Source of the DNA: a candidate division WOR-3 bacterium
Lineage (GTDB): Bacteria; Hydrothermota; Tepidihabitantia; Tepidihabitantales; Tepidihabitantaceae
DNA length: 64,000 nucleotides
Assembly: GCA_039801085.1 (NCBI GenBank)
Contig: JBDRTY010000001.1
Location: forward strand, 310,852-374,851
Direction: 5' to 3'
Shown: positions 48,705-57,823 of the stretch, in pieces
Layout: each line of letters starts with the position of its first letter
Numbering within the stretch: the stretch's first letter is position 1
Notes under the pieces: model-generated
The model's database searches: none
Told to the model about the DNA's origin: nothing
The model's input: only the letters and a program-made list of their open reading frames with translations
Program-made: the position numbers and the translations under genes

Positions 48705-51323
48705 ATGAAACACAAGGTCGCGATACTGGCTCTGGTCAGCGTGCTGGCACTGGCACTGGCTGCCGGTCCGGAGGTGACCACGAGCGATGTGAGTCAAGGT
48801 GAACCGCAGAAGGTAAAACTGTATTACGGCACTTATGGGTCAAATGATTATGTCTGGGGAACGGTGAAGACCCAGCTTCCAACCGATGCCTGGCTTTACC
48901 ACAGCGAGATGCCGGGCAGAATGATGGACAATACCTGTGCAACTGACGGCAACTATGTGTATGTGCTTGCTGGATACGGCACAAGCAACGCACTCTACCG
49001 CCATCAGGTCGGGTCAACCACCTGGCAGACGCTGGCACCCTGTCCAATGGATATCTGTAATGGTGGGGCTGCCATCATCGGTGATACACTTTATTACTGC
49101 AGCGGGTATTCTTACACTGTTGGTGCTACCGTTGATACGATGTTCAAATACTGCATCAGCACCAATACCTGGACGAGCGGACCCGGACCATTTACAGGCA
49201 CAACCTATAACTGGCAGCCGCTGGTGCTTGCCTGTGGGGGCAAGCTGTATTACATCAGCGGTTGCAATCAGCCCGGAGCTACCAGTCCGACCCGTGAGGT
49301 CTACTGTTATACACCGGGCAGTGGCTGGTCCCGGGTTGCGGATATGAATCAGGGACGGGTGTTTGCCATGGGCTGTGTCTATCATGATACCATCTGGGTT
49401 ACCGGCGGAAACGTTGACAATGTGGCAATTACCCATTCTGAATTTTATGACCCGGTTTCCAATACTTGGACAGTAAACAATTCCATATTCCCGCAACTCC
49501 CGATTGCCACCTGGGCAGCCGCAAGCGGTGTCGTTGGGCAGACGATGTTTGTCGCCTCAGGTGTGCGGGAGATGGTTGCGCTGATGGACACCTGCCAGTA
49601 TTTTGATTTCGGAACCCGGACTTGGACGGTCACACCTGATGTCCTCCTGCCGGTTTACCGCGGCACGGGTGTTGGCAATGCTGACGGCAAGGCGGTGGTT
49701 TATGGCGGTTCGATCGGCGGGTTTACACCGACGGATACCTGTCAGTATGAGGTGCTGGCAACCGGTAATGCAAATGATGTGGGTGTGATTCAGATTGTGG
49801 CGCCCGGGAGTGTGATTGTGCCGGGTAATGTGACACCGAGAGCGAAAATCAAGAACTTCGGCACCAATGCCCAGTCCAACATTCCAGTTTACTGCTGGAT
49901 TGATTCGGCCGGAACAAGAGTCTACGAGCAGAGTGCTACCTATGCCGGACCGCTGGCACCTGGTGCGACCGCGGATGTGGACTTTTCACCTCAGTGGCGG
50001 GCGGTAGGTGGAACCTACAATGTTACCATGTTTACCGACCTCCCCGGCGATGAATCGCGGGCTAACGATACCCTGCGCGGGACAACTCAGGTGATGCAGT
50101 ATTCAATCGACTGGTATCAGAGCGATACCATCCAGCCTGACCGGGTAAGCCGGACCGCCTGTGTTAATGATGCTCAGGGCAGGCTGCATGTCATCTGCGG
50201 TAACTGCTTTGTTCATACATCACATCCTTCGGATATGATTTATGATACCGTAACTCATACCTGGTCAACCGGACTGACTCATCCCGCTGGCGGTGGTGTG
50301 GGTGTTCACAATCACGATGCAGTGCGGATCAATGATGTAATCTGGGTTGGTGGCGGCAGTTCCGGCTCGGGTTTCTACAACAACCTTACGAAACTGGATC
50401 TTGGTGCCAATACCTGGACTTCTGCAACCGCGATGCCGCAGTCCAATCTGCTTTACTACGCGTTTGGCGAGTATGCGGACTCCGGCTGGGTTTACTGCTT
50501 CGGCGGTTCACCGGATGGTACCGGCGGACCGATCAACAACTGTTACCGGTATGACCCGAACACTAATGCCTGGACCGCAATGGCGAATATGCCTGAAGCG
50601 CGGCGCAATCCCATGGTTGCCCGGGTTGGTGATACCATCTATGTGATTGGCGGTATGTCAACCAATGATTACACATCAACCCGCGGGACGGTGTGGAAGT
50701 ACTCGGTACTCGGCAATACCTGGACCGTGGCAACTGATTCCATGCCGGACCGGCTGGGCTGGGGCAGGGCGGTTACCTACTCCTATTCTGGCGGAACCTT
50801 TATCTATGTGTTCGGCGGCTATCGGGCGGGCACGATTGTTAATACCTGCTGGCGGTATGATGTCAACAGCCACACCTGGACTCAGGACCGGGCGCTGTTG
50901 ACCGCAACCCGTTCGCACGGCGGTTCAATCTCAGGTAACTTCATCTGGGTGGCAGGCGGTTATAACACATCTCCTGGAATTCTGCCCAATGTCCAGAAGG
51001 GTGTTATTGCCCTGACCGGCGTTGAGGAAGGCAAGCCGACTGTCAACTGGGAAGGGATTGAGAGCGTCAGGCCGACGCTGGTCCGTGATTTCTGCCGGAT
51101 CAGTTACAGCTTGCCGGCGCGCAGCAATGTCAATCTGAGTGTATATGATGCGACCGGCTCACTGGTGCGCACGCTGGTTGACGGCACGGTAGCTGCAGGA
51201 AATCAGACGGTGACCTGGGACCGCCGGGATGCGGCGGGCAGGCGGGTTGCTGCCGGGACCTACTTCTACCGGCTGACCATCAACGGCAACTCGGTTTCCG
51301 CCAAGGCGTTGCTTCTGCAGTAA
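48705..51323 (+). CDS. Kelch-repeat protein with a CARDB-like domain and a T9SS C-terminal domain
   Basis: GAGGAGG RBS. Signal peptide. Kelch-like units (GGKLYYISG, DTIYVIGG, WVGGG). CARDB-like VGVIQIVAPGSVIVPGNVTPRAKIKNFG. CTD ...GTYFYRLTINGNSVSAKALLLQ. Confidence 0.6.
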   Translation: MKHKVAILALVSVLALALAAGPEVTTSDVSQGEPQKVKLYYGTYGSNDYVWGTVKTQLPTDAWLYHSEMPGRMMDNTCATDGNYVYVLAGYGTSNALYRHQVGSTTWQTLAPCPMDICNGGAAIIGDTLYYCSGYSYTVGATVDTMFKYCISTNTWTSGPGPFTGTTYNWQPLVLACGGKLYYISGCNQPGATSPTREVYCYTPGSGWSRVADMNQGRVFAMGCVYHDTIWVTGGNVDNVAITHSEFYDPVSNTWTVNNSIFPQLPIATWAAASGVVGQTMFVASGVREMVALMDTCQYFDFGTRTWTVTPDVLLPVYRGTGVGNADGKAVVYGGSIGGFTPTDTCQYEVLATGNANDVGVIQIVAPGSVIVPGNVTPRAKIKNFGTNAQSNIPVYCWIDSAGTRVYEQSATYAGPLAPGATADVDFSPQWRAVGGTYNVTMFTDLPGDESRANDTLRGTTQVMQYSIDWYQSDTIQPDRVSRTACVNDAQGRLHVICGNCFVHTSHPSDMIYDTVTHTWSTGLTHPAGGGVGVHNHDAVRINDVIWVGGGSSGSGFYNNLTKLDLGANTWTSATAMPQSNLLYYAFGEYADSGWVYCFGGSPDGTGGPINNCYRYDPNTNAWTAMANMPEARRNPMVARVGDTIYVIGGMSTNDYTSTRGTVWKYSVLGNTWTVATDSMPDRLGWGRAVTYSYSGGTFIYVFGGYRAGTIVNTCWRYDVNSHTWTQDRALLTATRSHGGSISGNFIWVAGGYNTSPGILPNVQKGVIALTGVEEGKPTVNWEGIESVRPTLVRDFCRISYSLPARSNVNLSVYDATGSLVRTLVDGTVAAGNQTVTWDRRDAAGRRVAAGTYFYRLTINGNSVSAKALLLQ

Positions 51324-51342
51324 CCGCTTCCCCGGATAAGAG

Positions 51343-51378
51343 CGAAGGGGCTGCCTTTCGGCAGCCCCTTCTGTTTTT
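51343..51378 (+). terminator. Rho-independent terminator
   Basis: aaggggctgcc-tttc-ggcagcccctt followed by ctgttttt. Abuts tRNA-Asn on the opposite strand. Confidence 0.6.
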
Positions 51379-51379
51379 A

Positions 51380-51452
51380 CTCCAGCGGCAGGGCTCGAAC
51401 CTGCGACCCTCCGGTTAACAGCCGGATGCTCTACCCATTGAGCTACGCTGGA
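51380..51452 (-). tRNA. tRNA-Asn (anticodon GTT)
   Basis: Reverse complement gives acceptor TCCAGCG/CGCTGGA, anticodon loop CTGTTAA, T-loop TTCGAGC. Confidence 0.75.
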
Positions 51453-51492
51453 ATCTGATAAAATATATCAAAGAGAAAAATACAAATCAAGT

Positions 51493-54333
51493 TCAGCGCA
51501 CAAGAGCAAATCTGGCGATTGACCGTCCAAATGTGGTTTCCAGCACCGCCAGATAGATTCCGGAGCCGGCAGGTTTCCCGGACTCATTCAACCCGTCCCA
51601 GCAGGCATTAATTCCTTCCAGTTCTTCAGAAGCAAAGTATCGTCCCGGAGTCGGCATTCTGGCGGTGTTGAGCTGAACCGTTTTTACCCTGACACCGCTG
51701 GTAGTGTAGATGGTGATCCGGGCGTCCGGAGTGACCCGGCTGAGATTAAGGGCAAAGTAAACCTTCAGGTTTTCCCCGGTAACAAACGGGTTGGGGTAAA
51801 TGAGTGCGATCCGGTCCTGCGGGCTGGGCTGTGTCCTGGGTGATGGCGGGAATCTGCTGAACGCGGAGTCAACACGGGGCACCCCATAACCGAAGGTGCA
51901 GCTTTTCACTGCCCGGCTGGCGGTTGTGTAAAGCGCCACCCGGATTGATTCCGCATTCCATTCGGGGTGTGCCTCCTTGAGCAGGGCACAGCAGCCGGCG
52001 ATCAGGGCGGTGGCACAGGAGGTACCGACGCTGCCTTCAAGGAAGTTTTCCGAATCCGGTGCCGCAACCGCAACGGTATCTGCCAGCGCTACCAGATCGG
52101 GTTTGATTCTGCCGTCAGCGGTCGGTCCGGTACCGGTTCCGCGCCAGGGGGTAAGGTTCTTCTCAACCCCACCGCAGGTGATGACGCCTTCGGCATCGCC
52201 AGGTGCGGTGATATACGGCCGGGGCCAGGGATATTCGGTTGTGTCACGGTTGCCCATCGCGGTGACGATTACCAGCCCGCGGCGTGCTGCCAGCTCGCAG
52301 GCAATTGAGATCGGTGCGGTTCTGCCGTCAAAATGCTCGTCCCGGTACCAGCCCCGATAGCCGAGCGATGTGGAAACAATATCCGCACCGCACTTTTCCG
52401 CCCACTCCAGCGCCTGAATATAGGTATCCTCCTCCATGTTATATTCATATCCCCGGTTGCCGGAAGTCTTGTAATATTCGGTTTTGGCGACAATCAGGTC
52501 GACTCCGGGTGCGATGCCCATCATGGAATAGGGCTGATAACCGGCGATCAGTGAAGCCATTCTGGTGCCGTGATTGGGCTGGTCATAGGAGAACTTCAGT
52601 GTGTCCGAATCTTCCCAGACCGCGATTTCATCACCCCGGCGGAACCAGAGGATGGAACTGTTGTCCGGGGCAGCCACTGGGGAATAGCAGAAACCGAGCG
52701 TATCAACCGGTTCTGTATCACGCCAGCTCATTCCCAAGTCCGGAGTTGTCCGCTGATAGAGCATACCGCCGGATTCGTAAACAAGGGTCAGACCATTGCT
52801 GGTGTGGCTCAGGGTATAATCCCCGAAGGAGCTGGCGGAGTCAATGGTCAGCGGAGAGGACCAGGTGGCGCCGAAGTCCGTTGAGCGGAGCAGATTCAAT
52901 TTTGTCCGGACCGGGTTGCTTTGATCCTGATAAACAAGGAGGCGCAGAGAATCGTGATTTTTTATGGTAAACAGTCTGATGTGTCCGGCACTGCCGGCAA
53001 TCAGTTCTCCATCGGGATTGAAGCTGACACCGCCATCAGTGGAATAAAACTGCCGGACCCGGCCGGTATTTTTCTCCCGGACAAGGAGGTTGATTCTGCC
53101 CTCAGGTCCGGCGCTGAGCTGGGGCTCGGTGAGCGGCTGGTCATGGGTGATTTCGGTATAGAGCAGCCAGTTTGGGGCAGGAGTGGTAATGAGCGCCTTG
53201 CGAAGGGAGATTACGGAATCGCTTTTCAGCCAGGCGGCATAAAGGGTGTCGGCGTAAATTGCCAAACTTGGATGCCTGCCTGTGCCGAGTGTCTGCCGGT
53301 TCTGCCAGCGGTCATTAATGAAATAACCGAGATAACAGGTGGGCGCAGCACCGGGATGCAGATCAACCTCATTAAACGCCAGATAAAATACCGAATCCCG
53401 GCAGTCCAGCTGCAGATTTTCATAAGTGTAGTAATAAGGCCGGGAAACTGCCACCGGCTGCGGCTGGCTCCAGTTTTCTCCCCGGTCAGCAGAAAATGTG
53501 AAGAAGACCGCCCGTGCGGGCAGACCGTAGGTGTAATTGAAACTGTCAGCAACAAAGGCAAGCAGGGTGAGACTGCCGTTGTCGCCCAGTGCCGGGTCCT
53601 TGACCAGACCAAGGTAGCGCAGTCGGGGTATAACTTCAGCTTCTGCTCCTGCATGCCGGATATAAAAATTGTCACCGGACAGAAAGTCATACTGCCGCCA
53701 GATCCGCAGCCGCCGGACCGCCTGGTTCTTGAGCTTCAGCCCGGTGTCAAAGAGCGCCAGTTTCACACCGGTGCCGAACCATCCCTGATAAAAAAGTTTC
53801 GGCACTCCCAGCATCTGCGCCTGATCCCAGGCAGCACCGTAGAACCGGTGGGCATCAGCGGTGTCAAGGGACCGGTAGTTGCGATGTGATTCCGGCTGGG
53901 TAAGCGGGACGGTCAGGTCAAAGGCGGTTTCAGTTTTCCGGGCAACAGGACGGATATCATAAACATAGGGAAGCTGGTAAATTCTCGATACCAGCTCCGG
54001 TGGCATTTCAAAGCTGGCAGCATTCAGCCAGCGGGACACGGTGCGCAGCCGGGCGCCCAGCGCCTCAATTTCCCGAATGTAATCCTGCCGGACCGGCAGG
54101 TCATCAAAGTCAAAGCCGGCAACCGGTTCCCGTGCCCGGCGCTGGAGCTGGGACAGGGATGCGGTCCGGTAGAGGTCAGCAAGCGCCTGCTGATACTGGG
54201 ACTGATTGAATATTCCCTTGTCCGTGAAAAAAACCCAGACCCGGCTGGGGGAGATTTCCGGCGGTGCGGATTTCACCGGAATGCGCACCAGTTCAACTGT
54301 CGCCGGAAGGAAAAGCAGCAGGAAAAGATGCAT
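51493..54333 (-). CDS. S8 subtilisin-family peptidase with a ~400-aa BNR/sialidase-like beta-propeller insertion inside the catalytic domain, and a T9SS C-terminal domain
   Basis: Asp context GVKLALFDTG near residue 190. His (HGTRMASLIAG) and Ser (GTSCATALIAG) only after residue ~600. BNR motifs STDGGVSF and STDFGATWS lie in between. CTD ...GIYLAVLETTFGRSIARFALVR. Confidence 0.6.
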   Translation of the reverse strand: MHLFLLLFLPATVELVRIPVKSAPPEISPSRVWVFFTDKGIFNQSQYQQALADLYRTASLSQLQRRAREPVAGFDFDDLPVRQDYIREIEALGARLRTVSRWLNAASFEMPPELVSRIYQLPYVYDIRPVARKTETAFDLTVPLTQPESHRNYRSLDTADAHRFYGAAWDQAQMLGVPKLFYQGWFGTGVKLALFDTGLKLKNQAVRRLRIWRQYDFLSGDNFYIRHAGAEAEVIPRLRYLGLVKDPALGDNGSLTLLAFVADSFNYTYGLPARAVFFTFSADRGENWSQPQPVAVSRPYYYTYENLQLDCRDSVFYLAFNEVDLHPGAAPTCYLGYFINDRWQNRQTLGTGRHPSLAIYADTLYAAWLKSDSVISLRKALITTPAPNWLLYTEITHDQPLTEPQLSAGPEGRINLLVREKNTGRVRQFYSTDGGVSFNPDGELIAGSAGHIRLFTIKNHDSLRLLVYQDQSNPVRTKLNLLRSTDFGATWSSPLTIDSASSFGDYTLSHTSNGLTLVYESGGMLYQRTTPDLGMSWRDTEPVDTLGFCYSPVAAPDNSSILWFRRGDEIAVWEDSDTLKFSYDQPNHGTRMASLIAGYQPYSMMGIAPGVDLIVAKTEYYKTSGNRGYEYNMEEDTYIQALEWAEKCGADIVSTSLGYRGWYRDEHFDGRTAPISIACELAARRGLVIVTAMGNRDTTEYPWPRPYITAPGDAEGVITCGGVEKNLTPWRGTGTGPTADGRIKPDLVALADTVAVAAPDSENFLEGSVGTSCATALIAGCCALLKEAHPEWNAESIRVALYTTASRAVKSCTFGYGVPRVDSAFSRFPPSPRTQPSPQDRIALIYPNPFVTGENLKVYFALNLSRVTPDARITIYTTSGVRVKTVQLNTARMPTPGRYFASEELEGINACWDGLNESGKPAGSGIYLAVLETTFGRSIARFALVR

Positions 54334-54341
54334 TAATTATA

Positions 54342-54415
54342 TACCCCGCGCAGGAATTGAACCTGCAACCCACGGATTAAGAATCCGTTGCTCTGCCAGG
54401 TTGAGCTAGCGGGGC
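54342..54415 (-). tRNA. tRNA-Lys (anticodon CTT)
   Basis: Acceptor GCCCCGC/GCGGGGT, anticodon loop TTCTTAA, T-loop TTCAATT. Confidence 0.75.
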
Positions 54416-54435
54416 ACAAATTACCATTTTTCATC

Positions 54436-54509
54436 TGCGCCCGGCGCGACTCGAACGCGCAGCCTACGGGTTCGAAGCCCGGCGCTCTATCCAGTTGAGC
54501 TACGGACGC
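54436..54509 (-). tRNA. tRNA-Arg (anticodon TCG). Identity is less certain because of one anticodon-stem mismatch.
   Basis: Acceptor GCGTCCG/CGGGCGC (one G-U pair), anticodon loop CTTCGAA, T-loop TTCGAGT. Confidence 0.6.
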
Positions 54510-54519
54510 ATGCATTCAG

Positions 54520-54595
54520 GGTGAGTGAGGGGACTCGAACCCCCAACATCCTGAGCCACAGTCAGGTGCTCTAACCGAATTGAGCTACACTCACC
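54520..54595 (-). tRNA. tRNA-His (anticodon GTG) with a genomically encoded G-1
   Basis: Extra 5' G paired to C73. Acceptor GTGAGTG/CACTCAC, anticodon loop CTGTGGC. Confidence 0.75.
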
Positions 54596-54709
54596 GTGCG
54601 ACTCAATTTTTCTTCAGTATAGCAATTTCCCGACCGTTTGTCCACTCTTGCATTGCGGGAATTCGATGGTAATATCTTCGGCGGGAAAATCAAAGAAAGG
54701 AGTAAGTTG

Positions 54710-55711
54710 ATGAGTCAGACCAGGCCAATGAGGAAGATACTGGTGACCGGCGCAGTCGGTCAGATCGGCTCCGAGCTGACGCTGGCGCTCCGTCAGCGCT
54801 ACGGAGCGGAGAATGTGATCGCCACCGGCAGAAAGACCCAGCCGAGCAGGGAGCTCCTGGAGTCCGGGCCATTCTACTTTATCGATGTAGCAAAGCGGGA
54901 GACGATTGAGGAGGTGGTGAGAAAGCACAACATTGACACCATCTTTCACCTGGCGGCGATTCTGTCCGCTGCCGGCGAAAAGAACCCCCAGCTCGCCTGG
55001 GATGTGAATATCAACGGGCTCTACAATGTGCTCGAGGTGGCACGCGAACACAATATGGCGCGGGTGATTGTGCCCAGCTCAATTGCGGTCTTCGGACCTG
55101 AGACCCCGCGCCAGAATACCCCGAACGAGACGATTCTCAAGCCGAGAACAATGTATGGAATCACCAAGGTAGCGGGTGAACTGCTGGGTGATTACTACTT
55201 CCGGCGTTTCGGTCTGGATGTGCGCGGACTGCGCTATCCGGGCATCATCTCCAATGTCACCCTGCCGGGTGGCGGTACCACCGATTATGCAGTTGAGATC
55301 TTCTACGCCGCAATCAAATTCCGGCGCTACAAGTGTTTCCTCCGGGAAGATACCCGGTTGCCGATGATGTACATGCCTGACTGCATCAAGTCAACAATCA
55401 TGCTTGCTGAGGCACCGCTGGAAAAGCTCAAGCACCACTGCGACTTCAATGTCACCGCCATGAGCTTCTCGGCGGGTGAGCTTGCTGCCGAGATCAGAAA
55501 GCACATCCCGGATTTTGAAGTCACCTACGAACCCGATTTCCGTCAGCAGATCGCCGACTCCTGGCCCGAGTCGATTGACGATTCGGCTGCCCGGGAGGAG
55601 TGGGGCTGGAAACCGGATTATGACCTGCCGGCAATGGTTAAGGACATGCTTGAGGTGCTGGGCAGAAGGCATAAGGAGGGGAAACTGGGCTGGCCCCCGG
55701 AAGGGGCATAG
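54710..55711 (+). CDS. NAD-dependent epimerase/dehydratase-family protein, L-threonine 3-dehydrogenase-like (extended SDR)
   Basis: AAGGAG RBS. GAVGQIGSEL Rossmann motif and YGITK catalytic motif. Confidence 0.55.
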   Translation: MSQTRPMRKILVTGAVGQIGSELTLALRQRYGAENVIATGRKTQPSRELLESGPFYFIDVAKRETIEEVVRKHNIDTIFHLAAILSAAGEKNPQLAWDVNINGLYNVLEVAREHNMARVIVPSSIAVFGPETPRQNTPNETILKPRTMYGITKVAGELLGDYYFRRFGLDVRGLRYPGIISNVTLPGGGTTDYAVEIFYAAIKFRRYKCFLREDTRLPMMYMPDCIKSTIMLAEAPLEKLKHHCDFNVTAMSFSAGELAAEIRKHIPDFEVTYEPDFRQQIADSWPESIDDSAAREEWGWKPDYDLPAMVKDMLEVLGRRHKEGKLGWPPEGA

Positions 55712-55720
55712 CTCTGACTG

Positions 55721-56494
55721 ATGGAGGACATCCGCAAACAGCGGCCTGAGGGTTCGATTCCGATTGACAAGGTCGGGGTCAAGAACCTGCGCTATCCGAT
55801 CGTCCTTCTGGACAGGGCGCACAAGCGTCAGCACACGATCGCCACGATCAGCATGTTTGTTGACCTGCCCAAGGAGCAGCGCGGTACCTTCATGGGCAGG
55901 TTTGTTGAGATCCTCAACCGCTATCACCGGGAGATTGATGTCCACAGGCTGGGCACAATTCTCAGGGAGATGCGGGAACGGCTCGGCGCCAACTCCGCCC
56001 ATCTGGAGATGGAGTTTCCCTACTTTGTGGAGAAGTGTGCACCGGTATCCGGGGTCCGTTCCCAGATGGACTACCGGTGCTGGATCAGCGCCAGCCTGAG
56101 CGACCGGTTTATGCTCCGGCTCGGGGTGGCGGTGCCGGTAACGACCCTGTGTCCCTGTTCAAGGGAGATGTCCGGCAGAGGCGGGCACAACCAGCGGGCA
56201 GAGATCCGGGCGGTCGTGGAGTTCAAGGGGTTTGTCTGGATTGAGGACCTGATTGATCTTCTCGAGGAGTGCGGCTCAAGCGAGGTGTATTCACTGCTGG
56301 AGCGGGAGGATGAGAAGCACCTCACCGCTCAGGCGCTGGACAACCCGGCGTTTGTTGAGGATGTGGTGCGCAAGGTGGCACAGCGGCTTGATGCCCATCC
56401 CCAGATCACCGGTTATGAGGTGGAGGTGGAGAGTTTTGAATCCATCCACCACCACGAAGCCTATGCCTATATCAACCGCTTCCGCTCGGGATGA
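55721..56494 (+). CDS. folE2: GTP cyclohydrolase FolE2/MptA (type IB)
   Basis: IPIDKVGVKNLRYPI...TIATISMFVDLP...CPCS motifs characteristic of FolE2 (DUF198). Confidence 0.7.
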   Translation: MEDIRKQRPEGSIPIDKVGVKNLRYPIVLLDRAHKRQHTIATISMFVDLPKEQRGTFMGRFVEILNRYHREIDVHRLGTILREMRERLGANSAHLEMEFPYFVEKCAPVSGVRSQMDYRCWISASLSDRFMLRLGVAVPVTTLCPCSREMSGRGGHNQRAEIRAVVEFKGFVWIEDLIDLLEECGSSEVYSLLEREDEKHLTAQALDNPAFVEDVVRKVAQRLDAHPQITGYEVEVESFESIHHHEAYAYINRFRSG

Positions 56495-57090
56495 AGACCC
56501 TGCTCGTTGACTGCTACCTCAAGGATGCCGAGTCCCGGCTCGTTTATTACCGGCAGATGATTCAGCCCTGGTCCGAGATTTCTGAGATAAAGCTCGCGGA
56601 GCTGAAACCGGGGCTTGACTTTACTCAATACGATGCGGTGGTGCTCACCGGTTCCCAGTGGATGCTTTCGGAAAGGGATGTGCCCGAACCGGTTAAGGCG
56701 GTGCTCCGCCAGCTGCTCCTGCCGGTGCTCGGCATCTGCTTCGGTCACCAGCTCCTTGCCCGCTCCTTCGGTGCGGAGGTCAAAAGCGGGCCGGAATTCA
56801 TCGACCGGATGGAGCGGATCCGGTTTCAGCCCTGGCGCCTGTTTGCCGGGCTGGCGCCGGAGGCGGAGATGCGGGAGAGCCACCGGGAATATGTCACCCC
56901 GGAATCGCTCGAACGGATGGGCTGGGAGATCGGTGCGGTTTCTTCTTCCTGTCCGGTTGAGGCGATAAGGCATCCCCGGCTCCCGCTCTACGGTGTTCAG
57001 TTCCATCCGGAGCGGTCAGAAATAAATGGCGAAATACTGTTCCGCAACTTCTACGAGATCGTCAAATCAGTCCGCACCGGCCAGGGCTGA
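56491..57090 (+). CDS. Class I glutamine amidotransferase-like protein
   Basis: GICFGHQLL (catalytic Cys) and VQFHPE (His/Glu). Start overlaps the folE2 stop. Confidence 0.6.
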   Translation: MKTLLVDCYLKDAESRLVYYRQMIQPWSEISEIKLAELKPGLDFTQYDAVVLTGSQWMLSERDVPEPVKAVLRQLLLPVLGICFGHQLLARSFGAEVKSGPEFIDRMERIRFQPWRLFAGLAPEAEMRESHREYVTPESLERMGWEIGAVSSSCPVEAIRHPRLPLYGVQFHPERSEINGEILFRNFYEIVKSVRTGQG

Positions 57091-57094
57091 CGCA

Positions 57095-57803
57095 GACACA
57101 GCAAAGAGATTTCTCCGCTCCGGTTGAGATGATCCTTTCTGTCATTCCGAGTGGAGCGAAGCGGAATCGAGGAATCCCTTTTTTCTTCTTCCGTCATTCC
57201 GAGCCTGTTGAGGAATCTCCTTCAAGAGATTTCTCGACTCCGCCCTTCGGGCTCCGCTCGAAATGACCGAAAGGGAAGTCATTCCGCGCCTGTCGAGGAA
57301 TCGCTTTTAAGGGATTTCTCCACTGCGGTCGAAATGACGAAAAGGGAAGTCATTCCGGGCTTGTCGAGGAATCTCTTTTAAGCGATTTCTCCACTCCGCC
57401 TCGCTCTGCTCGGCTCCGGTCGAAATGACCGAAAAAAAATGTGCCTGCGGCTTCGCTCCGGTCGAAATGACCCTTACTTGTCATTCCGGGTGGAGCGAAG
57501 TGGAAGCGGTGAATCTCCTTTTTCTCAGACTGAGAGGGATTTCTCGACTGCGCTCGAAATGACCCAAACAGGTTACTGCGGTCGGATAGACCTCTGCGGG
57601 TCGTTCCATGCCTTTCTTTTATTGTCATTCCGAGTGAAGCGAAGCGGAATCGAGGAATCTCTCTTTTCTTCTTCCGTCATTCCGCGCCTGTCGAGGAATC
57701 TTCTTCAAGAGATTTCTCGACTCCGCCCTTCGGGCTCCGCTCGAAATGACCGTTTTATTATTGTGTCATTCCGGGCGAGGCGTCAGCCGAGTCGAGGAAT
57801 CGG
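57095..57803. repeat. Tandem array (about 9 units) of degenerate imperfect-palindromic repeats (gtcattccg...cgaggaatc...gatttctc...cgaaatgac), 40-80 nt each, separated by ~10-nt a/g-rich linkers
   Basis: Unit starts at 57141, 57193, 57278, 57349, 57480, 57624, 57676, 57765. Each unit's two arms are near-reverse-complements (gtcattYcg / cgRaatgac, cgaggaatc / gatttctcg). Confidence 0.7.
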
Positions 57804-57823
57804 TAAATCAGTGCAAAATGCAA

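Noticed and set aside
55391-56099. Overlapping ORFs on both strands within the L-threonine-dehydrogenase-like / folE2 junction
   Set aside because: - Spurious alternative frames. The annotated plus-strand genes have recognisable family motifs.
57095-57803. Considered whether the tandem repeats are a CRISPR array
   Set aside because: - Units are 40-80 nt, internally palindromic and mutually degenerate.
- The 'spacers' are ~10-nt near-identical purine linkers.
- There are no cas genes in the window.
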